Part shown: positions 46,681 to 57,174 of the stretch, in pieces
Layout: the number at the start of each line of letters is the position of its first letter
How positions within the stretch are numbered: the stretch's first letter is position 1
DNA from: a virus
Length of the DNA stretch: 64,000 bases
IMG/VR virus record: IMGVR_UViG_3300029319_000006
Location: 32,001-96,000 of that record
Reading direction: 5' to 3' (one strand)
The notes under the pieces: model-generated
Seen by the model: the letters and a program-made list of their open reading frames with translations, nothing else
The model's database searches: none
What the model was told of the DNA's origin: nothing
Position numbers and translations under genes: made by a program

Positions 46681-49170
46681 CTAAGCTATAGCTAAAAATA
46701 AATAACTAGCTCCATTTATATTTATAGTATCAGTTGCATCAGAATGATTGGATAATTTGAATCCACCTTCCATTCCACTACCAGCAGCTCCAGCATTAAA
46801 ATAATTTCCTCTCCATCTATCATAGCTATTAAGAACTCTATTAGCGGCACCGTCATCAGTAGCAATTTGTTCACTAGTTGAAGGATTTGCACCAGTCCAA
46901 GGCCAAGCTATAACAGACGCTTCTCCAGAAGCGTTAATTACCATACCATTACCACCTGCAGTATTAGAACGAGGATCATTTAAAAACATATACCATTTAC
47001 CAGCATCATCATATCTTTTTATTAAGATAAATCTAGCTGGACCACTAAAACTACAATCCACTGTTAAATTAGAACCAGTTCCTGTATAAGTTCCTACTTT
47101 AGTTACTCCAGGAAATGTTTTCCATGCACAAAATTGGTATGGATGATTATTACCACTACCAATAAGTACATTTGTATTAACATACACATAATTATTACTA
47201 ACTAGCATTGGATCATATCCTAAAAATGGATGTTGAGTAGCATAATTAGCCGAGGTTACAGTTGTTTTAGCTTCACTAGAATTCAGTCTAATATAATCAG
47301 GCATATCATATAAACTACCAGTAGAAAATGCTTTGTGATAAACATACCAGTTATTATATGCACCACCATCCATAGGGTGTATCCAAACCATTTCAGCTCC
47401 ACCATCCAGATTGTGATAATGAAAACTAGCTCCCGCATCACCTTCAATACCTGAAGAGAAACTCATTACTTTAGGTCTAGCTTTAAAATAAGCAAATGTA
47501 ACATCTGCAGCGCTATTGTTGGTTCCCCCTGTAAACGGACTAGCTCCTCCAGCTGTAGTAGTGTAATCAACAGAGTTTATAAAATAACCATCTCTAAATT
47601 TTCCAAGGGTTTGCTGTAATGCTGTATTTGAACCACCAGCCTCATTATAAGCATTATGGAAATTTGTTGATATATTTTTCCCTGTATTAACTCTTGTTGC
47701 TCCATGATTTAATGCAAAGTAATGATTTGGAAATCTATTGTTTACAGTACAGACTTGACTTTTTTCATTTCCGCTTGTACCATCACCATTGAATATAACA
47801 AAATCAGGGGGTGATATTCCTTGAACATCTGAAGAATCAAATAACCCTTGAACCATTCCCGATTTGGGTTGATCATTTGTACGAGAATTGCCCCTGTTTG
47901 GATAATCTGAGAATGAAGGAGTAAGACCATCTCTTATAGAAACAACTTGTTCACCAGATACTGGTTCTTGTAACACAGAAGGTTTAGATACAGCTAAACC
48001 CATATAAAACACACCATTACTATTATGTGAAGCATTACTAGTCGTTATATAATATCCACCACTAAAAGCTCTATGATGTGTCGCGTTATTAAGAGTACCA
48101 TAATAAGAGGTATTATTATTTTTATTGTGACTTATATAATACTGAGAAGTTGTAGCACTACCTGCATTATATTCTCCTTCATATCCGCTTCCAGCGTTTA
48201 TACCTAACTTATCAAAATACATATACCAATGTGCATTACTTGGAGTAGTAGTATCATCATCCGCTCTTTTATGAAAAAACCATTGATCATCTGTAAACTT
48301 CCATCCCCCATTACTAAAACCTGATCCTTGAGTATTCCATCCTTTTTTACTAGTACCATCTCCATACCATCCAAAAGTGCGAATTGCAGGAGTCAGTCCA
48401 TCATGTGAAAAATCATATCCTCCTCCAAGCATTACTAATATACCTTCTTTACCAAAACCCGTAGATCTTACTGTTGTACCTAATTGTAATAAAGTAGAGG
48501 TATTACCTGGACTGTAATCCCAAAATGCTCCATCTCCTGCACCATAGGAACCTGGAGGAACACCACCGGTATTATCCCATTCTATATGATAATATTGACT
48601 ACTAGAACCCATGTCGGTGCCAATATTAGATTGCCAATATAGTGGTGCTTGAGTAGCATCAATTCTAAAATACCAAGCAGCAATAGGAGGAGAATTTAAA
48701 GGGTTTGGAACATCATCCCACCCAGTTGATGAATCCACTACCATACTTGCCATAAACTTTTCTTTTTTTCTAAAAGTTACAACAGCATATTCATCATTCT
48801 GGAGATTAATTTTAGTAGAGTTAGCCATTTTAAAGCCTTTTCTAACTCCATCTAATGTCAAACTTTGAATACCATTAGCGTCTGAAAAAGCAGAATTGCC
48901 AACTTCTTGTGAAAAATAACTTTGTAATCCACCATTATAATCTGTAGAAACGAATGCATGAGTACCACTACCTCCTCCATTTAAATTATAGAAAAACATG
49001 CAACCACCATCAACACTAATGTCGACTCCAGTTTCTATTTCTCTCTGAATTGCAGTGTTGCAGTAACTACTATTTCCAGTGTAATAAGTAACACTAAAAT
49101 AATCTTCTAAATAATCTTTTTTAGCAGAACCAGCGGCTGCTTGTAACATTTTTCTTGCAACTGAACTCAT
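46681..49170 (-). CDS. Tail fibre distal/receptor-binding-like protein
   Basis: Repeated YTG(N/T)G/S, PDFV, IKR.D..W modules; Y(L)FLAIA C-terminus; followed by chaperone. Confidence 0.65.
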   Translation of the reverse strand: MSSVARKMLQAAAGSAKKDYLEDYFSVTYYTGNSSYCNTAIQREIETGVDISVDGGCMFFYNLNGGGSGTHAFVSTDYNGGLQSYFSQEVGNSAFSDANGIQSLTLDGVRKGFKMANSTKINLQNDEYAVVTFRKKEKFMASMVVDSSTGWDDVPNPLNSPPIAAWYFRIDATQAPLYWQSNIGTDMGSSSQYYHIEWDNTGGVPPGSYGAGDGAFWDYSPGNTSTLLQLGTTVRSTGFGKEGILVMLGGGYDFSHDGLTPAIRTFGWYGDGTSKKGWNTQGSGFSNGGWKFTDDQWFFHKRADDDTTTPSNAHWYMYFDKLGINAGSGYEGEYNAGSATTSQYYISHNKNNNTSYYGTLNNATHHRAFSGGYYITTSNASHNSNGVFYMGLAVSKPSVLQEPVSGEQVVSIRDGLTPSFSDYPNRGNSRTNDQPKSGMVQGLFDSSDVQGISPPDFVIFNGDGTSGNEKSQVCTVNNRFPNHYFALNHGATRVNTGKNISTNFHNAYNEAGGSNTALQQTLGKFRDGYFINSVDYTTTAGGASPFTGGTNNSAADVTFAYFKARPKVMSFSSGIEGDAGASFHYHNLDGGAEMVWIHPMDGGAYNNWYVYHKAFSTGSLYDMPDYIRLNSSEAKTTVTSANYATQHPFLGYDPMLVSNNYVYVNTNVLIGSGNNHPYQFCAWKTFPGVTKVGTYTGTGSNLTVDCSFSGPARFILIKRYDDAGKWYMFLNDPRSNTAGGNGMVINASGEASVIAWPWTGANPSTSEQIATDDGAANRVLNSYDRWRGNYFNAGAAGSGMEGGFKLSNHSDATDTININGASYLFLAIA

Positions 49171-49182
49171 ATAAAAAACCTT

Positions 49183-51081
49183 TTATTTCACATCAACACC
49201 AGCTAAAAATCCATAGTAACTAGTACCACCATTATACGATACAAAAGTAAAAACAGTAACAGCATTTGCAGCTGATGCTATTGAAGGAGCAGTTCCTCCT
49301 GGCCAATCTACAGTTGCAGGCCAAGTTACTCCATTTGCTCCTGTTCCATCTTGTATAATTACCACAGTAAAAGCAGTAACCCCACCAACACCTGGAGAGG
49401 GCACTGATGGATTACTGAATGTAAAAGTAGTTCCTCCACTTTGAACTGTATGTACAAAGAAATTTGAATTATTTAGATCTAAGTCTTGCGTACTATTACT
49501 GCCAAGAGTAGATGTAACTACTGTTTCATGGTAAGATCCTGCTGTAACTCTTGAGGATAAATTAACATAGCCACTGGCATTAGCTGTTACTACTTTACTT
49601 GCTTCAGATGTACCTAGTGAGGTTATATCATTATAGTTAAGTTCTGCACCAGTAGCAGTAACAACCGTTCCTGCATATCTAAGATTTCCTGTTGGTATAG
49701 CAACAACTCCTGTACCAGCACACTGTAATTCCATATCAACATTTTGACCAGATTGAGTATTTGTTGATAATATTACAGTATCAGATCCTACACCAGTAGT
49801 TTGGATCTTTAAAAAATTATCTGCAGTTCCTGTTTTTGAAAAAACAATTCTAGGATTTCCATCACTATCAACAATTTTATCTTGTTCATGCATTGCAACA
49901 TTAACTAATCGTTTATTAGTTAAAGTATCAGAACTTGTTGGTGTTACATATCCAGCAGAAGCATGATTTCCATAACTAAAAGCTGTATCCCAATTTGAAC
50001 TATTATCAGGTATAACAGCATAAACTCCTGCATTATTTTTTTTCAATATACCATTATCAAATGAATCAAAATCAGCATCTAAGAGAGCGGTTGTAGATGT
50101 TGTATAAGCAGAATTCCAATTGGTAGAATTATCACTCACAATAGAATATGATCCAGCTCCACTTCTTTTCATTAAACCATTAGTACTAAAATCAGCATCC
50201 AATATAGAAGTTAATGAAGTTGTATAAGCAGAATTCCAATTTGAGAATGTAGACGGAATACCACCGACAGATAATCCTGATAATCTTGCTGAATCAGTTT
50301 CTCTTATAATATCCAAAGGACCTGTTTTTAGTCCAGCTTGCCATCTATCAGTATTTTCATTAAAATATACTACCGCACTATCAGTACCAGGTCTATCAAC
50401 TGCTAATCCTGGTCTATTTGCATTGTTTACAGCAATACCATCATTTACTACAACATAAGGATCAGCAACACGTTGATTACCAACAATAGTAACACCGCTT
50501 AAAGTAGCACTCGCTGCAACTAAACCACCACTTGCTCTTATTTGACCTGAGAAGACTGCACTATCATTAACTGTCAATGATCCACCTATAGTAGTACTAT
50601 CTAAAGTGGTTATTCCTTGTACATCTAAATTTCCTGTTATTGTACCACTATCTGCTAATAATCGATCAGCATTTAAAGTTCCATCAAAAAATCCATGTCT
50701 CCATTCTTTAGTACTATCTCCAATATCAAAACTATTATCTACGTCAGGAATAATATTTGAAGTAACATCTGCACTAAAAGAAACTGTATCTGTGTCAGCA
50801 TCACCTATTCTTAAGGCTCCTCCAACAACAACATCTCCTTGCATTCTTGCATCACCAACTACTCTTAATTTACCTCCAACTGTAACATTACCAGCAAATG
50901 CAGGTGAACTATCAGCAGCAGTAAATTTTCCTGCAACTTCATTTACAGCTCCTGTAATATTTTTGGAAGTCGTTACTAGAGTAGATACATCACCAACTGA
51001 ATCAATTAATTGATTGTGTCTTAATCTTTGTAAATTAAGATTGTCTGTAATATTAGTATGTGGTATCTTAGAATTAGGCAT
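49183..51081 (-). CDS. Tail fibre protein
   Basis: NWNSAY repeats, TLTNK, C-terminal TFTFSN...QDGTG...WP..V.WPGG.AP domain. Confidence 0.72.
   Translation of the reverse strand: MPNSKIPHTNITDNLNLQRLRHNQLIDSVGDVSTLVTTSKNITGAVNEVAGKFTAADSSPAFAGNVTVGGKLRVVGDARMQGDVVVGGALRIGDADTDTVSFSADVTSNIIPDVDNSFDIGDSTKEWRHGFFDGTLNADRLLADSGTITGNLDVQGITTLDSTTIGGSLTVNDSAVFSGQIRASGGLVAASATLSGVTIVGNQRVADPYVVVNDGIAVNNANRPGLAVDRPGTDSAVVYFNENTDRWQAGLKTGPLDIIRETDSARLSGLSVGGIPSTFSNWNSAYTTSLTSILDADFSTNGLMKRSGAGSYSIVSDNSTNWNSAYTTSTTALLDADFDSFDNGILKKNNAGVYAVIPDNSSNWDTAFSYGNHASAGYVTPTSSDTLTNKRLVNVAMHEQDKIVDSDGNPRIVFSKTGTADNFLKIQTTGVGSDTVILSTNTQSGQNVDMELQCAGTGVVAIPTGNLRYAGTVVTATGAELNYNDITSLGTSEASKVVTANASGYVNLSSRVTAGSYHETVVTSTLGSNSTQDLDLNNSNFFVHTVQSGGTTFTFSNPSVPSPGVGGVTAFTVVIIQDGTGANGVTWPATVDWPGGTAPSIASAANAVTVFTFVSYNGGTSYYGFLAGVDVK
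50099..50241. repeat. Intragenic 120-bp-period repeat
   Basis: GTTGTATAAGCAGAATTCCAATT identical at 50099-50121 and 50219-50241; encodes NWNSAYTT; degenerate third unit NWDTAF. Confidence 0.85.
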
Positions 51082-51274
51082 TGGAAACTTTCTCTAAAAT
51101 CGTTTGAAGCATACCCTTCATATCTGAAACTTCTTTTTTTAAATTTTCTATTTCTAATCTTTGAGCATTCTTCCGTTTATTTATATTGACAATCATACCC
51201 GTGTCTTCATCTCTTCTTAAATCAGGAAATTCAGCTACTCTTTGTAATTGTCTTGGTTTATTCAATTTCATCAT
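51074..51274 (-). CDS. Hypothetical protein
   Basis: L.RD..TG.IVN plus short coiled coil; overlaps neighbours. Confidence 0.7.
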   Translation of the reverse strand: MMKLNKPRQLQRVAEFPDLRRDEDTGMIVNINKRKNAQRLEIENLKKEVSDMKGMLQTILEKVSNA

Positions 51275-52971
51275 GATGTAGCAATAGTCCTTATATTAGC
51301 AAATACTGGAGGATGAGTTTGTCTTGTTGTGTGCATAGTTATTTTTATTTGATACTCATCAAATGCTTTTAAATCAAAAACACTAAAAGCATATTCTCTA
51401 AATGCTGTATAATTATCAGTAGGAGCAATATCGTTATAACCCATACCTTTTACTTGTTTAGTTGTTTTACTAAATTCAACAAAACTTTGATCTGTTAATT
51501 TTGATCCATCATCACCAGCTGTTTTTGTTCTAAAATAAACACTAAATTCAGCTCCTTTTGGTCTTACAGCATCCATGTAAACTACAATAGATGTAGCAGA
51601 TGTTTCTAACTTATAAGGTATAGTTAGATGTTGTGCAGCAGCTGTTCCCCCTGAAGATGCAGAATCAGCTACAAATGATACTGATGATAAAGTATTTTTA
51701 CCAGTGGCTGCAGCAGCAGCTTGAAAATCAACTAATGCAGCTTCACAACCTACAAAAGATGTGTTAACATTAAAATGAGGGGCAACATTAGCATCATCAG
51801 TAATCATAGTTACAGTAAATTTACCTGAAGGATTACCACTAAGTCTTAAAGTTTCATTTTCAGTTGTAGCAATCATATGAGGATTTTTAAGTCTTATAGT
51901 TTTAAAAGGTAATAGTTTTATATCACTAGTAGTGTTATAAGCTGTTTCAGATCCTGCAAAACTTTTACTTGTTGTTAAATCTGCTTTTGCAAAAAGTGAA
52001 GTTTTCTTAGGTGTTACATTAGGAAGATTAAGATATATTTGATCTATACCATAATTTTCTGTAGCAAGTAATCCTGTTCCTCCAGCTCTTATACTTGCAG
52101 TAGCATTTGAATCAGCATTGAATGTATATCCAAAAGGATCAGCATTTACAATTGTTCTTTCACCTAATACACTTCTTCCAAACATTCCATTTATAGAACC
52201 ACTACTATCAAAACTATTCACTCCATCAGTTGATAATACAACTTTATCACCAGGTTGAAAACCATGTGAAGGATGTCTAACTTTTACTAATGTACTAGCT
52301 GCAGTAAATGTTAAAGGATCAAAACTATAGTGACTTAATCCATCTCTAACTGTAGATTCTGTTAATTTTTTAGGTCCTGGATTATTAGCAAACATAACAG
52401 CTGTGTGTTTAGTAGCTGTAGTAAATTGAGCTTTATAAACTTTAAATGTTACATCTTTACTATTATCTGCTTCCCAAGAAGTTCCATTAGAAGAACTATA
52501 ATATGCACCTTGTTCAGTAGATGAATTAAATGTGTAAAATTCTTGTGTACTTCCATATAAGTAATTTAAATTTTTAGCAATATACATCTGATATTGTCCA
52601 GCTGGAGCTGAAGTGTATATTACAAATGAACATAATGTGTTAGCAGGCACATATATTGGATGTCTAAATTCAAATTTAAATTCTCTAGCAGCAGCAAAAG
52701 TTGTACCAGCAAAAGATCCACCAGGATCAGTTTTAGCTCTGATTTGTGCTGCAGTAGCTGTAACTCTTGTACCAGGAATATATCTAATAGAAGAAGGTGC
52801 ACCATCTTCACTTGTTGGTCTCATTTCTATTGTGATTCCATAATCATCATCTGCTGGTGCTTTGGCAAAGAATATGCCAATTGCAGTTAATGTACTAGCT
52901 TGATCAACAACAAAGGTTTGAGCTGTTGGATTTCTTTGTTCTGCTAGTTGAAGTAAACCTGCTTGAGCCAT
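51271..52971 (-). CDS. Virion structural protein, VrlC-like C-terminal part
   Basis: P.AQTF, IFFAK, SSNG.SW, D.TF..YKA.F, F.EY.F, F..YQIKI.M, R.IA. Confidence 0.7.
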   Translation of the reverse strand: MAQAGLLQLAEQRNPTAQTFVVDQASTLTAIGIFFAKAPADDDYGITIEMRPTSEDGAPSSIRYIPGTRVTATAAQIRAKTDPGGSFAGTTFAAAREFKFEFRHPIYVPANTLCSFVIYTSAPAGQYQMYIAKNLNYLYGSTQEFYTFNSSTEQGAYYSSSNGTSWEADNSKDVTFKVYKAQFTTATKHTAVMFANNPGPKKLTESTVRDGLSHYSFDPLTFTAASTLVKVRHPSHGFQPGDKVVLSTDGVNSFDSSGSINGMFGRSVLGERTIVNADPFGYTFNADSNATASIRAGGTGLLATENYGIDQIYLNLPNVTPKKTSLFAKADLTTSKSFAGSETAYNTTSDIKLLPFKTIRLKNPHMIATTENETLRLSGNPSGKFTVTMITDDANVAPHFNVNTSFVGCEAALVDFQAAAAATGKNTLSSVSFVADSASSGGTAAAQHLTIPYKLETSATSIVVYMDAVRPKGAEFSVYFRTKTAGDDGSKLTDQSFVEFSKTTKQVKGMGYNDIAPTDNYTAFREYAFSVFDLKAFDEYQIKITMHTTRQTHPPVFANIRTIATS

Positions 52972-54186
52972 TTATTTCTCCCTCACAAATAGTCCTACAA
53001 TAAATGTTTGTAAAACTCGATAATAATATCTTGTTGCTATTTTTAGTTCAAACGGTCTTTTTCCATTACCCCATTCTAAACACTCTTTGAATTCTTTATA
53101 AACTTTTTCAGCTGTTCCATTTGCTATGTGTTTACGACCAAGATATCTATAACCTCTTCTCATAGCTTCTCCCCACCATTTATTGTGAAGATTTTTCTTA
53201 CACCAATCAACTGCATTAGCTTTATCACTAGAAAGAAAAGCACCACTAGATACAGCATGAGTAGCTATAACACAACTATTATTTGAAGACTCTTTTCCTC
53301 CATTACCTTTATCACCTTGAACAGCTTCTGACCATGTTTCAGCTATATATCCACCATCACTATGTTTAGCATCTCCTTGTCCAGCTACACCTAATGCAGT
53401 AGCACTAGTACCAGTTCCTGCTTGATTATGATAAGCTAATGAATTATTAATATTTTCTATTGTATCGTGATATGTGTAGGTTCCACTCCAATTTGTAACT
53501 TGATAATACCCATATTCTTTATCATTGCCTCCATCATCATTTTTTGAAGTAGTTGTATTTGGAGTAGCTGTAGGTTGAGCATTAGTAGTAGGAGTTACTT
53601 CAGGTTCTTGCCATACTTGTTCTATTGCTGTATAAGTGTATGATGAAGTAGTACTATATTGATAATAATTTTCATATTGTCCATAACCTTTAAAAATAGC
53701 TGTTCCATAAGATTTACATTTAGCTTTATTTGGAGAGGATATATCAATAGCCATAAAAGTGTGTCCATCTGTATTCAATGGCCAACTTATGTCCGCATTA
53801 CTTTGTAAATAAAATACTCCTCTTAGTATTCCATTAGCAGTTGATGTTACTGGAGTATTTACAGCTCCTCCATTAGTAGCACCACTGTAAGCTAAATTAC
53901 TTGCTGAAGGAAATGATGTAGCATTTACATATTGTTCACCAGGTTCTTTTAATGAAGAATTACCTGATGCAGAAGTGAAATCTGATTCACTATAAGAAGT
54001 ATTTACAAATCTAGTAACTTCTTTATTTCCAAAAAATATCCAATGAGGAATATTAGGTCTTAGTCCGGTAAATTCAAAATATATAAATTTTGGTCTGTGC
54101 ACTGGAATGGGATCATAACCAACTACAGATTCATGTGTTGTTGTTTGATAACCAGTTTTTTGTACAGATACGTCTACATATGGCAT
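52972..54186 (-). CDS. Virion structural protein, VrlC-like middle part with C-terminal CVIAT domain
   Basis: F..TGLRPN, G.LRG.F; Thr/Pro linker; C-terminal CVIATHA...GYR.LG. Confidence 0.6.
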   Translation of the reverse strand: MPYVDVSVQKTGYQTTTHESVVGYDPIPVHRPKFIYFEFTGLRPNIPHWIFFGNKEVTRFVNTSYSESDFTSASGNSSLKEPGEQYVNATSFPSASNLAYSGATNGGAVNTPVTSTANGILRGVFYLQSNADISWPLNTDGHTFMAIDISSPNKAKCKSYGTAIFKGYGQYENYYQYSTTSSYTYTAIEQVWQEPEVTPTTNAQPTATPNTTTSKNDDGGNDKEYGYYQVTNWSGTYTYHDTIENINNSLAYHNQAGTGTSATALGVAGQGDAKHSDGGYIAETWSEAVQGDKGNGGKESSNNSCVIATHAVSSGAFLSSDKANAVDWCKKNLHNKWWGEAMRRGYRYLGRKHIANGTAEKVYKEFKECLEWGNGKRPFELKIATRYYYRVLQTFIVGLFVREK

Positions 54187-54195
54187 TTTATTTCC

Positions 54196-57165
54196 TTAGT
54201 CGTTTGTAACTACTTCGTTTGTACCCTTAACAATAAGTGAAGAGTTAGAAGTTGAAGAATAACTTTGATCAACTTTTCTTCTTACTGTAAAATAATCTCC
54301 TTCCGGAATCAATTCACTAGAAGCTATATGTTGAGGTGTTTCAAATTGATTTACATTTTCTATTGAAGTAGCTTTTTGTTGGCTAAAGTCTGCTACTGAT
54401 TCAGTATACTTAGGCCAAATTGTACTTCCTTTTACTACACATAATCCACCAGAAGCTGCTGAGTCATATGTCATTCCAATTGCTTTATGATATATTTTTG
54501 GTGTAAGTACATTTACAGATGGCATTTTATTGATTCTAGCTCTATACTCATCATTATACCAATCGGATTGTAATTTATCCTGAAAATTATCTCCTGTCAA
54601 TCCTTCCATTTGTCTTATTGTACTTTGATTATTAGGATCATACACTTCCATTTTAGCTAAATTTAATTCAGCTGCAGATAAGGTATATAATCTTTCTAAG
54701 TTACCAAGTCTTCTATCAATTCTATTGATATCAGCCATCTTATATCCTTGGTAATTATATGTAAAAGTTCCAGCATCATTTTTATTCATAGTAAATGGAT
54801 TCAAATGTATTTCATGTAATATCATATCAGCTGGATCAATATTATTTGGCATAGTAGGTTTGACTGCAGCAGTACCATAATTATAAATTAGTTGACCTTG
54901 AGGAGTCATTGTTATAGCATCAGTTCTAGGATTAAAATATTTTGCTGTTCCTATTTGTAAATTATCTTGATTCCTTGGTAAAAATTCTATTCTACTGATA
55001 CCTCCAGAAAAAGTTCCATTGGCTGGATTCTTAGATGGTCTCATATCAATACAATCTGCTAATCTATAATTTTGACCAGCTGGACTACTGAATGAAGGTA
55101 TTTTATCATAATCTAAGTTTACATATGAATTTGGTCCAAAAAATCCAGTATTTCCAGCACTTGGTGTTGAATGTAAAAAATACCTATACTGTACATTAAT
55201 TGTACCAGCAGGAGCAGAAACTCCAGACTTTAATGTTCCAGTTCCTGGTCCATAAAAATTATCTGTTTGACCATTATTAAAGTTAAATTTATATGTAATA
55301 TCTTCATTAGTTGTATCATCAATAACTTTATGAAACTTAAATATATCATTTTTAGTAACAGTGAAAACACCACTAGATAAAGATAAACTTGAATCAGTTT
55401 GAAATAATCCAGTAGTAGGATCTGGTGTTAACGTTTTTGTTTTTAAAACAAGAGATCTGTTTTCAAATGTTAATAATTTTGCATTTCCAGCAGGAACATT
55501 TCCAGGAGTTGTTGCACCATTTTTATATCCTGTTGTAATAGTTTTTGATGTGGATGTCCCAGTCATAGAGAGATTACTATAGATATCTCCACTATCCATC
55601 ACCCATAACCATTGATCAGTATCGTCAAAAGTTCCTGTTGTAGTTGAAACTGCATTTGAAGGATTAGTTAATCCTGTTTTTACTACACCTATCGTACCAG
55701 TAACAGATGATGTTTCACTAACTCTTGCTCTTGGCATTCTAAATAATAAATTGTTGTCTTGTTTATCAATAAGGTCAAAGTTACCTAAAACATTTTTTAA
55801 ATTAACAAAACTTGTACCACTTGTTCCAACACTTCTTACATCACCTAGATTATTATTACTATCTAAACTTATATCAAATACATGAGTTTTAAGAGTAGAT
55901 CCAAATTTATCAACCATTCTTACTTTAGCAGTTCCAATAGTTGTTCCTCCATGATCTCTAGCATTTTTTAAGTTTACTGTTCCATAAGTTGGTATTTCTC
56001 CAATCATACCAAAAGAACTATCAATATTTGAAAGAAAATAATTTCCGTAATTAGCACCAACAAATTCATTAGTTATTATATTAATATTTTCATCTACGTT
56101 AGGATCGTTTGGTTTTCTAACTCTGAATGGTAATGGATTATCACGAGTAATTTTATTACCTTTGATAAATGCAGTACCACTAGATATTTCAATTGATAAA
56201 AAGTCTGTACTTGCACTATCATCTTTTATTGTTATATCAAATTCACCTATTGCACTTCTCTCAATAAAATCTCCAGTAATAGCATCTGTTCTAGCATTTA
56301 ATATTTTAGCAATATTACCTAAAGTTCTATCTGATGTACTAATATTACTTACAATCTTACCATTCTTAATTTCATATATTGAATAGAATGTATCTCCTGC
56401 AGATATCGCATCTTGAGTAGTAAGAGTTAATATAATTTGTAATCTATCAGCACCAGGCGAAGTAAGATTTGGAGTAGCTCCAGCATTATCAAACAATGCT
56501 ACATTATCTGATGAAGTCACTATTTGTTGAGTTACTTTAAATCCAACTGTTTTAGATGGAGTGGCACTAAATTTATCAAGAACTAATGTTTGAGCTTCCA
56601 CATGAATTAAATGACCAGCAGCATAAGTGTCAAAAGATGGTACTTCTATGATTGAACCACTTCCCACAGCATCACTAACATTCTCAATAGTTATATTACC
56701 TAAAGTCGAAGACAGAACAGCTCCTGGAGCAAACTGTTTGGGTTGAGAGGTATCAGTGGCTACGGATGAACCTCCTGTTTTACCTTTACCCATTCTTACC
56801 ATAATTACATCTTGAGCTGCATCAGGTATAATTGCTTTTACTGTAGCAAATAAATCTCCATCATTAATTATTGTACCTTTTAAAGCAGCATGACCAGTTG
56901 GTAATGAAGTTACTTTGATATATGTGTAAGAAAATGAATCTGATCCTGCGGCTAATGTTCCAGAATTATTAAATATTGCTCCTTCACTTACAATAAATTT
57001 AGCAAGTCTTTCAATTTCTTTTTGTATAATTGTTTGAGATTGAGTTAATTCTCTAGCTTGTAATGCTTTACCTGAATTAAATAATATACGGTGGTAATGA
57101 TCACTGTCTCTATAATCATCATTATATGTACTTAAAAAAGTTGTTTTTGATACGTTAGTAACCAT
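54196..57165 (-). CDS. Virion structural protein, VrlC/DUF4815-like N-terminal part
   Basis: YNDDY, RILF..G.ALQARELTQ.Q, PGADRL, M.DI..I..R..NLE, DNF. Confidence 0.78.
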   Translation of the reverse strand: MVTNVSKTTFLSTYNDDYRDSDHYHRILFNSGKALQARELTQSQTIIQKEIERLAKFIVSEGAIFNNSGTLAAGSDSFSYTYIKVTSLPTGHAALKGTIINDGDLFATVKAIIPDAAQDVIMVRMGKGKTGGSSVATDTSQPKQFAPGAVLSSTLGNITIENVSDAVGSGSIIEVPSFDTYAAGHLIHVEAQTLVLDKFSATPSKTVGFKVTQQIVTSSDNVALFDNAGATPNLTSPGADRLQIILTLTTQDAISAGDTFYSIYEIKNGKIVSNISTSDRTLGNIAKILNARTDAITGDFIERSAIGEFDITIKDDSASTDFLSIEISSGTAFIKGNKITRDNPLPFRVRKPNDPNVDENINIITNEFVGANYGNYFLSNIDSSFGMIGEIPTYGTVNLKNARDHGGTTIGTAKVRMVDKFGSTLKTHVFDISLDSNNNLGDVRSVGTSGTSFVNLKNVLGNFDLIDKQDNNLLFRMPRARVSETSSVTGTIGVVKTGLTNPSNAVSTTTGTFDDTDQWLWVMDSGDIYSNLSMTGTSTSKTITTGYKNGATTPGNVPAGNAKLLTFENRSLVLKTKTLTPDPTTGLFQTDSSLSLSSGVFTVTKNDIFKFHKVIDDTTNEDITYKFNFNNGQTDNFYGPGTGTLKSGVSAPAGTINVQYRYFLHSTPSAGNTGFFGPNSYVNLDYDKIPSFSSPAGQNYRLADCIDMRPSKNPANGTFSGGISRIEFLPRNQDNLQIGTAKYFNPRTDAITMTPQGQLIYNYGTAAVKPTMPNNIDPADMILHEIHLNPFTMNKNDAGTFTYNYQGYKMADINRIDRRLGNLERLYTLSAAELNLAKMEVYDPNNQSTIRQMEGLTGDNFQDKLQSDWYNDEYRARINKMPSVNVLTPKIYHKAIGMTYDSAASGGLCVVKGSTIWPKYTESVADFSQQKATSIENVNQFETPQHIASSELIPEGDYFTVRRKVDQSYSSTSNSSLIVKGTNEVVTND

Positions 57166-57174
57166 TTTTTATCC

